DNA of 64,000 nucleotides, taken from NCBI GenBank assembly GCA_963664825.1, contig OY761614.1, positions 2,176,001 to 2,240,000 of the forward strand. Direction: 5' to 3'. The notes under the pieces were generated by a model. The model saw only the letters and a program-made list of their open reading frames with translations, did not search any database and had not been told where the DNA came from. Source of the DNA: an uncultured Holophaga sp. GTDB lineage: Bacteria > Acidobacteriota > Holophagae > Holophagales > Holophagaceae. Positions 39,018 through 46,849 of this stretch are shown one piece after another. Positions within the stretch are counted from its first letter, which is position 1. The number at the start of each line of letters is the position of its first letter. The translations under genes were made by a program, and so were the position numbers.

Positions 39018-39776
39018 ATGCCCGTGCATCCTTCGATCCTCTCTGCTCCCCGGTCCGCCGATCTCCGGAAGCCCCTCCTGGTCCTCGATATCGATGGCGT
39101 GATGGTGGAGGCGGAGCGCAGTTTCATGGAGGCCGTGGCCCGAGCTCTTCGGGAACTGGCGCCAGGCCTCCCCTGGAGCGACGAGCACTTCCGCGCCTTC
39201 AAGCGGGTGGGGGGCTTCAATAACGATTTCCGTCTGACGGCTGGCGGGTTGGCGCTGCACGAGGCTGGCCAGATCGAACGCCTCTGGTCGGCGGCGGGTG
39301 TGGGATTCCCCGATCTGGAAAACCGCATCCAGGCTCTGGAGCCCCTCTGCCAGCGGGCGGTGCAGGCCCACTACGCCGAGACGCGAAAACTGGAATCGGC
39401 ACTGATCACACTGGGCGAACTGGAGGCCACGGGGCTGGGACTGGCCATCTACACGGGCCGTCCCCCGGAGGAACTGGCCATGGCCCTCGAGGTGCTGGGC
39501 TTCGAGCTTCCCCATGTCTGCGATTGCGCCCCGGAACTCCGCAAGCCCAGGCCCGACGGCCTCCTCCTCCTGGTGGAGCGCTTCCAGGCCAAGGCCGTCA
39601 TCTTTGCAGGGGACACCCGGGACGATGCCGCCGCCCTGCGCTCCGCCCGGGAACTGCGCCCGGAGATCGCCTGGACCTTCGCCGCCATCGGCCCGGAGCG
39701 GGAGCGGATCGCCCTGCCGGGAGATCTCCGGGCGGAAACACTCCGGGGACTCCTCTCCGAACTCGCGATTCTCTGA
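39018..39776 (+). CDS. HAD hydrolase (TIGR01548-like), candidate histidinol-phosphate phosphatase
   Basis: DIDGV, FKRVGGFNND, TGRP, KPRP, GDTRDD. Confidence 0.8.
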   Translation: MPVHPSILSAPRSADLRKPLLVLDIDGVMVEAERSFMEAVARALRELAPGLPWSDEHFRAFKRVGGFNNDFRLTAGGLALHEAGQIERLWSAAGVGFPDLENRIQALEPLCQRAVQAHYAETRKLESALITLGELEATGLGLAIYTGRPPEELAMALEVLGFELPHVCDCAPELRKPRPDGLLLLVERFQAKAVIFAGDTRDDAAALRSARELRPEIAWTFAAIGPERERIALPGDLRAETLRGLLSELAIL

Positions 39777-39777
39777 T

Positions 39778-41040
39778 TCAGCGGAGCCGCGCTCGGGCCG
39801 AGGCGGCATGGGCCTTGAGGCCTTCGGCTTCGGCCAAGGCGATGGCCTGGAGCGCCAGGGAGCGCTGTCCCTCGGAGAGGATGCGCTGCCGGGTGAGGGT
39901 CTTGAGGAAGGTGCCCACGCAAACGCCGCCGGTGAAGCGGGCCGCGCCCCCGGTGGGGAGGATGTGGTTGGTGCCGCTGCCATAGTCCCCGAAGACTTCC
40001 GCCGTGGCTGCCCCCACGAAGAGGCTGCCATAGGTGCGCAGGCGGTCCTGGAGTCCCTCGGCCCGGGGCCCCTGCAGCTCCAGGTGCTCCGGCGCCAGGG
40101 CCTCTGCCAGGGCCAGGGCCTCGTCCGGGTCCCTGACGAGCACCGCGAAACCGTTCGCCAGGCTCTCCCGGGCGGGAGTGTCTGGGGGAAGCTCTGCCAG
40201 TTGGCGTCGCAGTTCCGCGTCCACCTGGTCCAGGAGCTCCTCGTCGAAACTGAGCAGCATGGGCAGGGCCTCGGGGTCGTGCTCGGCTTGGCCCAGCAGA
40301 TCCGCCGCGATCCACTGGGGTCGTGCGCCCCGGTCGGCGATGACCAGGAGTTCGCTGGGACCGGCCGGGAACTCGATGCCCACGTCCCCGTAGAGCAGGC
40401 GCTTGGCGCCGGTCACGTAGCGATTGCCGGGGCCCACGATGATGTCCACCCGGGGCAGGCCAGCCAGCCCCCAGGCCGCCGCAGCGATGCCCTGGACGCC
40501 TCCCAGGTCGAAGACCCGGTCGGCCCCGGCCAACACCGCTGCCGCCAGGGTGACGGGATGGATGCGGGGGCTCAGGACGATCACTTCCTCTACGCCGGCC
40601 ACCCGGGCGGGCACCACGCCCATGATCACGGAGCTGGGCAGGGGGTAGCGCCCGCCCGGCGCGTAGCAGGCGGCCCGCCTCACCGGCACGATGCGCTGGC
40701 CCAGGCAGACGCCGTCCTGGACCACGTCGAGATCCCGGAAGCTGGTCTTCTGGACTTCGCTGAAGGCCTTCACCCTCCCGATGGCCGCCTCGAGATGGGC
40801 TCGAAGAAGCGGATCCAGGGCCTCCACGGCCGCCTCCATGCGGGCCCTTGGCACCTCGAAGGCTTGCCCCTCAAAGCCATCCAGCTGGCGGGCCCAGGCC
40901 AGGACCGCCTCGGCACCTCGGAGGCGGATGTCCTCCAGGATGGTGGACACCTCCGGCGGAATGGGGGGCAGGGGACGTTGGGCCCGGGCCAGGACTTCTC
41001 GGGGAGAGAGGCGCTGGAGAAGGGTTGGTGGATTCGACAT
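39778..41040 (-). CDS. hisD: Histidinol dehydrogenase
   Basis: GPGNRYV, AGPSE, QAEHD, APEHL, GTNHILPT. Confidence 0.95.
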   Translation of the reverse strand: MSNPPTLLQRLSPREVLARAQRPLPPIPPEVSTILEDIRLRGAEAVLAWARQLDGFEGQAFEVPRARMEAAVEALDPLLRAHLEAAIGRVKAFSEVQKTSFRDLDVVQDGVCLGQRIVPVRRAACYAPGGRYPLPSSVIMGVVPARVAGVEEVIVLSPRIHPVTLAAAVLAGADRVFDLGGVQGIAAAAWGLAGLPRVDIIVGPGNRYVTGAKRLLYGDVGIEFPAGPSELLVIADRGARPQWIAADLLGQAEHDPEALPMLLSFDEELLDQVDAELRRQLAELPPDTPARESLANGFAVLVRDPDEALALAEALAPEHLELQGPRAEGLQDRLRTYGSLFVGAATAEVFGDYGSGTNHILPTGGAARFTGGVCVGTFLKTLTRQRILSEGQRSLALQAIALAEAEGLKAHAASARARLR

Positions 41041-41051
41041 GAGGTGTCCTT

Positions 41052-42323
41052 TCATGGTTTCAGGGCCTGAGGCTTAGCGTCTCCGGGCTTGCGGGTATCG
41101 GTGGTGTGGCGGCGCTCCAGCTCCCGCAGCACCTGTTCCAGGCGGATGCCGCCCTTGGCCAGGCGGACCATGAGGAAGTAGAGGAGATCGGCGGCCTCCC
41201 AGACCCCTTCGTCCGGAGTCTCGGCCCCGATCAGTTCCTCGGTTTCCTCCCGGAGCTTGGCCTCCAGCAGCCCTTCCTCCCGGAAGAGCCGGGCCGCGTA
41301 GCTGCCCTCCGGGGCCGATTCCAGCCGTTGGCGGAGGGTGGCCTCCAGGTCCGGGAGGGCGAAATCGGCCGAGCCGAAGCAGGTGGCGGCTCCCGTGTGG
41401 CAGGCGGGGCCGGTCTGCCTCACCAGGAAGCGCAGGGTGTCCCGGTCGCAGTCCGCCTCGACCCGCAGCAGCTCCTGGCGATTCCCGCTGCCCTTCCCCT
41501 TCTCCCAGAGCTCTCCCCGGGAGCGGGACCAGTAGATGCCCTTGGCCTCCACCAGGGCCCGGCGCAGGCTCTGGCGGCTCTGCCAGGCCACCATGCGCAA
41601 CCGTCCAGACTCGTCCTGGACCGCCGCGGGGATGAGGCCTCCCTGCTTGTCCCAGTCCAGGCAGGCCAGGAAGGCCTCCGCGGGATCCAGCAGGCCCTTG
41701 TAGAGGGCCATGCCCACCTGGGCGTCCAGCCCCATCCGGTCCAGGGCGGCCACGTCCTCGGCGCTGCCCACGCCCCCGGCATAGGTGACCGGGAGCTTCG
41801 TGGCGTCCCGAACCTGGCGGGCGGCCTCCCAGTCCACGCCCTCCAGGCGGCCTTCCCGGTCCACCACGGTCATGAGGAAGCCACCGCAGCAGGGCGTCAG
41901 GCGGCGGGCCCGGTCCATGGGAGCCTCCGCTTCATCGGCGCGCCAACCCCTGGACTGGAGGCGGCCCTGGTGCTGGTCCACGGCGACAAGGGCCCGTTCC
42001 CGGGGCAGCTTGCGCAGGAAGTCCTCGCTGGCGGCCGTGCCGATGATCACGCGGGCCGCCCCGGCCCTCAGCAGTTCGTGGGCCTTTTCCACGGTGCGCA
42101 CGCCCCCGCCCACCCGGCAGCGGGCAATGGCGCAGAGCTCCTTCACCAGTGCGAGGTTGTCCCCCTGGCCGAGGGCGGCGTCCAGATCGATGACGGCCAG
42201 TTCGCCGTAGACGCGCCAGCCCTCGGCGAGGCCCAGCACATCGTCCACTTCCAGGATCCTGGTGCGGCCCCCCACCAGCTGGACGGCCTTGCCCCCCATG
42301 AGATCGATGCTCGGAATCAGCAC
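41052..42323 (-). CDS. hisIE: HisA-HisI-HisE fusion
   Basis: IPSIDLMGGKAVQL and VGGGVR (HisA); WSRSR, DCDRD, ACHTG (HisI); SYAARL, EAADLLY (HisE); GTG start. Confidence 0.87.
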   Translation of the reverse strand: MLIPSIDLMGGKAVQLVGGRTRILEVDDVLGLAEGWRVYGELAVIDLDAALGQGDNLALVKELCAIARCRVGGGVRTVEKAHELLRAGAARVIIGTAASEDFLRKLPRERALVAVDQHQGRLQSRGWRADEAEAPMDRARRLTPCCGGFLMTVVDREGRLEGVDWEAARQVRDATKLPVTYAGGVGSAEDVAALDRMGLDAQVGMALYKGLLDPAEAFLACLDWDKQGGLIPAAVQDESGRLRMVAWQSRQSLRRALVEAKGIYWSRSRGELWEKGKGSGNRQELLRVEADCDRDTLRFLVRQTGPACHTGAATCFGSADFALPDLEATLRQRLESAPEGSYAARLFREEGLLEAKLREETEELIGAETPDEGVWEAADLLYFLMVRLAKGGIRLEQVLRELERRHTTDTRKPGDAKPQALKP

Positions 42324-43072
42324 GGTCGCACCTCTACACCTTCCTGGATCAGTTGTGTCTTCAAGCGCCCCACGGTGAGGTTTCCTTCGTGCAGGACCGA
42401 GGCCACCAGAACTGCGTCGGCACCGGCCCGGAAGGCCTCCAGGGCGTGGCGCGCCTGGCCGAATCCGCCGCTGGCGATGAGGGGAATGCGCAATTGACGG
42501 GCGGCGATGCCCAGGGCTTCCAGGTCGTAGCCCGAGTTCGATCCGTCCCGGTCCATGGAGGTGAGGAGCACTTCTCCCGCGCCCCGCCCCTGGGCTTCCA
42601 GCAGCCAGTCCTCCAGCTTCCACTCGGTCATGGTTCGGCCCGCGTCCACCACCACTCCGTATCCATCCGCCCTGCGGCGTACGTCCACGGCCAGGACCAC
42701 GCACTGGCTGCCGAAGCGCTGGGCCAAATTGGTGATGAGTTCCGGCCGGGCCACGGCGGCGCTATTGACGGCTACCTTGTCGCAGCCTGCCTGGAGCAGG
42801 GCATCGGCATCTTCAATCTTCCGCACGCCCCCGCCCACGGTGAAGGGGATGAAGATGGACTTGGCCACGGATTCCACCATGGCCAGCGCGGTGTCGCGCT
42901 TCTCGAGGCCCGCGGTGATGTCCAGGAAGACCAGTTCGTCGGCGCCTTCGGCATCGTAGCGGGAGGCCAGTTCCACGGGGTCCCCGCTGTCCACCAGGTT
43001 GAGGAACTGCACGCCCTTGACCACCCGGCCCTCCTTCACGTCTAGGCAGGGAATGATCCGCTTCATCACCAT
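42317..43072 (-). CDS. hisF: Imidazole glycerol phosphate synthase cyclase subunit
   Basis: KRIIPCLDV, GADELVFLDI, TSMDRDG. Confidence 0.96.
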   Translation of the reverse strand: MVMKRIIPCLDVKEGRVVKGVQFLNLVDSGDPVELASRYDAEGADELVFLDITAGLEKRDTALAMVESVAKSIFIPFTVGGGVRKIEDADALLQAGCDKVAVNSAAVARPELITNLAQRFGSQCVVLAVDVRRRADGYGVVVDAGRTMTEWKLEDWLLEAQGRGAGEVLLTSMDRDGSNSGYDLEALGIAARQLRIPLIASGGFGQARHALEAFRAGADAVLVASVLHEGNLTVGRLKTQLIQEGVEVRPC

Positions 43073-43860
43073 GTGGTCATCTCCTTGAGACGGCCCAGGC
43101 CCCAGGGGCCGCTCTTCTCGGGGTGGAACTGGCAGCCCGCCAGGTTGCCGCTGCGGAAGGCCGCCACGAAGGGGCCTCCGTAGTGGGTTATGCCGAGCAT
43201 CTGTTGGGGCGTGTCTTGGTCCCATCGGGGCAGGAAGTAGCCGTGCACGAAATAGGCCGAAGGCTGTAAAGGGGGGACCGCCTGGGACAGATGCTGTAAA
43301 GGGGGGACCGCCTGCTCGCTGCGCTCGCGAAGTCCCCCCTTTGACCCCCACGCGCTGGCCGGGCGAAGCCCGGGCAACGCGTCTTGCTGAAAAAGGGGAA
43401 CCCCCTGTGCGCTCGGCTCGCGATGTCCCCCCTTTGACCCCCACGTGTTGCCCGGGCGGAGCCCGGACAACACGTCGCGATCCGCAAAATTCACTCTGGA
43501 CCAGCCCATGTGGGGCACCTTGAGGGAGGGGTCCCTGAAGGGTTCGAAGCGGCCCGGCAGCAGGCCCAGGCCCGGCATGTCCGGGGCCTCTTCCGAGCCT
43601 TCGAACAGCAGCTGCATGCCCAGGCAGATGCCCAGGATGGGGCGCCGGGAGGCGTGGAAGGCCTTCACGGAGTCCTCCAGGTCCCGGCTCCGGAGCTGGG
43701 ACAGGGCATGTCCAAAATGGCCCACCCCCGGCAGGATGAGGCGATCCATGGCCTCGATGGCCTGGGGCGTGGCCACCCGGCGGCTGTCGAGACCCAGGAA
43801 GGCCAGGGCGTTCTCCAGGCTGCGCAGATTGCCGCAGCCGTATTCCAGGATGCCGATCAT
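43066..43860 (-). CDS. hisH: Imidazole glycerol phosphate synthase glutaminase subunit with about 70 aa repeat-derived insertion
   Basis: LPGVG, GICLGMQ, PHMGW, YFVH, QFHPEKS; 264 aa. Confidence 0.93.
   Translation of the reverse strand: MIGILEYGCGNLRSLENALAFLGLDSRRVATPQAIEAMDRLILPGVGHFGHALSQLRSRDLEDSVKAFHASRRPILGICLGMQLLFEGSEEAPDMPGLGLLPGRFEPFRDPSLKVPHMGWSRVNFADRDVLSGLRPGNTWGSKGGHREPSAQGVPLFQQDALPGLRPASAWGSKGGLRERSEQAVPPLQHLSQAVPPLQPSAYFVHGYFLPRWDQDTPQQMLGITHYGGPFVAAFRSGNLAGCQFHPEKSGPWGLGRLKEMTTW
43263..43478. repeat. Tandem palindromic (REP-like) units inside hisH
   Basis: Two units with 93-bp period (43292, 43385) plus a 22-bp partial copy at 43263. Confidence 0.9.
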
Positions 43861-44426
43861 CGCAGCACGCCCTTGGTGGAGCGCAGTCCCTGGGCAGGGG
43901 AGAGGGCCTCGCCGAGGGCCATGCCGAGAGCCTTGAAGGCCGCTTCGGCCATGTGGTGGGCGTTCTGGCCCTTCACGCTGAGATGCAGGGTGAAGCGGGC
44001 CTCCATGGCCAGGCTCCGGAAGAAGTGGAGGATGTTCTCCGTGGCCAGGCCCCCCAGCATCGGGATGGGGAAGGGGATTTCCAGCACGGCCCAAGGCCTG
44101 CCTCCCACATCCAGGGCGCAGGTGGCCAGGGCCTCGTCCATGGGCAGCATCCGCTGGCCGTAGCGGAGAATCCCGGCGCGATCCCCCAGGGCTTCGTCCA
44201 GGGCCCGGCCCAGGGCGATGGCCACGTCCTCGGTCAGGTGGTGGCCATCCCCCAGGGGCGTGAGATCCTCGGCCTCCAAGGCTAGGCCGATGCCTGAATG
44301 GAAGCTGAGCTGTTCCAGGAAGTGGTTCAGCATGGGCTGGGAAGTGCCGATGAGGCCGGTATCGGCGCCCAGGCTGAGGAGAATCCGCGTTTCCCGCGTA
44401 TTGCGTTCCAGGGTGATGGGTTTCAT
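43857..44426 (-). CDS. hisB: Imidazoleglycerol-phosphate dehydratase (monofunctional)
   Basis: HHLTED, PMDEAL, NAHHMAEAAFKA. Confidence 0.95.
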   Translation of the reverse strand: MKPITLERNTRETRILLSLGADTGLIGTSQPMLNHFLEQLSFHSGIGLALEAEDLTPLGDGHHLTEDVAIALGRALDEALGDRAGILRYGQRMLPMDEALATCALDVGGRPWAVLEIPFPIPMLGGLATENILHFFRSLAMEARFTLHLSVKGQNAHHMAEAAFKALGMALGEALSPAQGLRSTKGVLR

Positions 44427-45520
44427 CGGCGCTCCTTTTTCATTTCGGTTTCCCACCAGGGAAGGAAGGCTGCCAGGAAGGTCTGGGCCTCGCGTTCGGC
44501 GGTCACGCTGATGCGCAACATGCCCGGGAGGGTATTGGAGAGGTTCTTTACGAGGATTCGGCGCTGGCGCAGCACGGACACGGCGGCTGTGGCGCGGCTC
44601 CCGAGATCGACCAGGAAGAAATGGGCGTCCGAGGGCGGCGTCCGGAGGCCTGCGGATTCCAGGGCGGCCTGGAGGCGCTTCCGGGCCTCCACGGCCCCCT
44701 TCAGTCGGGCCCGCAGCCCCCCGTCGCCGGTGAGCATCTGGGCGCCCAGCGCTGCGGCGATGCCATTGACGTTGAAGGGAGGACGCAGGGGCTCCAGGTG
44801 TTCGATGACCCGCGCATCGGCCAGGATCATCCCGCAGCGCAGTCCCGGCAGGCCGTGGGCCTTGCTGAGGGTGCGCAGGAGGATCAGGTTGGGCCAGTGC
44901 GCCAGGAGGGGCGCGAAGTCCTGGCCGCAGAAGGGGGCGTAGGTCTCGTCGACCAGGACGGGGCGGCCTTGGGAGGCCTCCAGGAGCCTCAGGAGCTGGG
45001 CTTCGGAGATGGCCCGGCCCGTGGGGTTATTGGGGCTGGCCAGGGCGAGCAGAGCCCCCCTGGGAAGGGCCTCCAGGGTGGCCTCCAGGTCCAATCCGAA
45101 ATCCGGCCCCAGGGGCACCTGAATGACGGGGCTGCCCAGGAGCCCGGCATCAATGCGGTACAGGGGGAAGCAGGGCACGGGCAGGACCAGCGGGTCTCCG
45201 GGGCCCGTAAAGGCGCGCAGGAGCAGGGCGATGCCCTCATCGGCGCCATTGACGGGCAGGAGCATGGAGGGCGCCACGCGCCAAGCCTGGGCCGCGGCCC
45301 GCTTGAGGGGGCCGTACTCCGGATAGACCGTGGCGGAATAAGCGCAGAGGGCCAGGGACTGGGCGAGGTCCTCCAGTTCCGGGGCGGGGCCCTCGTTGAA
45401 GTCCAGGCGGAGGAAGGTCCCCCGGCCTTCCTGGGTGGCATAGGCCTGGAGACTGCGGAAGGCGGGCAGGACCTCCGGCGCCTGAGGGCTGTCGGCGTTT
45501 TGAAAGGCCGTCGAGCCCAT
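44423..45520 (-). CDS. hisC: Histidinol-phosphate aminotransferase
   Basis: LDFNE, NGADE, SPNNPTG, RTLSKAHGLPGLR. Confidence 0.92.
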   Translation of the reverse strand: MGSTAFQNADSPQAPEVLPAFRSLQAYATQEGRGTFLRLDFNEGPAPELEDLAQSLALCAYSATVYPEYGPLKRAAAQAWRVAPSMLLPVNGADEGIALLLRAFTGPGDPLVLPVPCFPLYRIDAGLLGSPVIQVPLGPDFGLDLEATLEALPRGALLALASPNNPTGRAISEAQLLRLLEASQGRPVLVDETYAPFCGQDFAPLLAHWPNLILLRTLSKAHGLPGLRCGMILADARVIEHLEPLRPPFNVNGIAAALGAQMLTGDGGLRARLKGAVEARKRLQAALESAGLRTPPSDAHFFLVDLGSRATAAVSVLRQRRILVKNLSNTLPGMLRISVTAEREAQTFLAAFLPWWETEMKKERR

Positions 45521-46374
45521 CACAGCACCACCTTGCTGAAGGCGTATTCGAGGATGTCTGTGGCTCCGGCGGCCTTGAGCCGGGGGATGATGCGCGGCAC
45601 TTCCGAGCGGAGGACGGCCGATTTCACCGCGAAGCCGCCATTCTCCGCAAGGGGCATCACCGTGGGCCTGCGCATGCAGGGCAGGGCCGTCAGCACGGCG
45701 TCCAGGGCGCTCCCATTCACGTTCATCTCCAGCATCACCCGCTTCCGGGCATCGAGCACGGAGCCGACGAGCAGGAGGAACTCTTCCACCACTTCGCGCC
45801 TGGGGCCGCTCATGAGGCCCGGGTTGGCGATCACCCGGGTGGAAGAGGCCATCAGGGTGGCGATTTCGACCAGGCCGTTCTCCCCCAGGGTGCGGCCCGT
45901 GGCCGTGTTGTCCACGATGAGATCGGCGTCCTCGGGGGGGAAGACCTCCGTGGCGCCGTGGCTCTGCACGAAGACGGCCTCATAGCCCTCCCGGCTGAGC
46001 CAGTCCTTGGTGATGCGCTCGTATTCGCTGGCCACCACGATGGGACGCTTCTTCAGCTCGCCGGAGGCGACGAAGGCCGCTGGGGCCGCGGCCACGATGC
46101 GCACCGAATCCAGGCCCGTATCCAGCAGCTCCTCCACCGAAGCCCCCAGCTCCACCACCCAGTCGTGGCCCGCGAAGGCCAGATCGTGGCGCCCCAGTTC
46201 CACCATGCGGACGATGTCCTGGGGCTTGAGGAGCTTCAGTTCGAAGCGGGGGTCGCCGCAGAGGGGGCGGTAGTTGCGCCCGTTGGGCTGCACCTTCAGG
46301 CCGGCCTCCTCCATCAGCTGGAGGACGCCCTCGGCCATGCGGCCCTTGGGAAGTGCGAGGTTGATGGGTGTCAT
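45520..46374 (-). CDS. hisG: ATP phosphoribosyltransferase, long form
   Basis: ALPKGR, GATE, DLIVDNTATGRTL, C-terminal regulatory domain. Confidence 0.95.
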   Translation of the reverse strand: MTPINLALPKGRMAEGVLQLMEEAGLKVQPNGRNYRPLCGDPRFELKLLKPQDIVRMVELGRHDLAFAGHDWVVELGASVEELLDTGLDSVRIVAAAPAAFVASGELKKRPIVVASEYERITKDWLSREGYEAVFVQSHGATEVFPPEDADLIVDNTATGRTLGENGLVEIATLMASSTRVIANPGLMSGPRREVVEEFLLLVGSVLDARKRVMLEMNVNGSALDAVLTALPCMRRPTVMPLAENGGFAVKSAVLRSEVPRIIPRLKAAGATDILEYAFSKVVL

Positions 46375-46391
46375 GGGATCTCCCAAATGAG

Positions 46392-46430
46392 AAATGAAAA
46401 AGCCCCGGGTCCGTATGGAACCTCGGGGCT
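46392..46430 (-). terminator. Attenuator terminator 2 (hisG-proximal)
   Basis: Minus strand agccccgaggttcc-atac-ggacccggggct-ttttcatttc. Confidence 0.85.
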
Positions 46431-46456
46431 GGAATGGCGCAAACGCAGACGCTGGC

Positions 46457-46510
46457 CTACCCCGGGGGTGGGGGATGCGTATGGTGGAGATGGATGGCGA
46501 GGATGTGCAT
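46457..46510 (-). CDS. His leader peptide 2, MHILAIHLHHTHPPPPG
   Basis: 5 His codons in 17 aa, just upstream of terminator 2. Confidence 0.8.
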   Translation of the reverse strand: MHILAIHLHHTHPPPPG

Positions 46511-46525
46511 GGGCGGTTTCCGCTG

Positions 46526-46567
46526 AAAAAGGAAAAGCCCCCGGGACCTACTAGGTTCCGGGGGCTT
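46526..46567 (-). terminator. Attenuator terminator 1
   Basis: Minus strand aagcccccggaaccta-g-taggtcccgggggctt-ttccttttt. Confidence 0.85.
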
Positions 46568-46586
46568 CTTCGAAGGATTGAATCGA

Positions 46587-46655
46587 CTAGAAGGCTTCTC
46601 CCGTCACCCGATGGGCGACATGATGATGGGCATGATGGCGGGAAGCGAGCTGCAC
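46587..46655 (-). CDS. hisL: His leader peptide 1, MQLASRHHAHHHVAHRVTGEAF
   Basis: AAGGA RBS, GTG start, 6 His codons in 22 aa, upstream of terminator 1. Confidence 0.82.
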   Translation of the reverse strand: MQLASRHHAHHHVAHRVTGEAF

Positions 46656-46849
46656 GGAAGATTCCTTAGCTGCCCAGTTCATCATGTGCGGGCCTTCACC
46701 GTCAAGGGCTGCCCTTGGACCTGAGGGGCCAAGGTCGCAAACCCAGGCCTGGGACAGGGTTTACTACCTCGTTTCTAGATGCACAGACTATCCTGGTTGG
46801 CGAAGCCAGATGCTTCAGTCTCTTCCCTCGGCATGTTCAAGGAGTTCCC

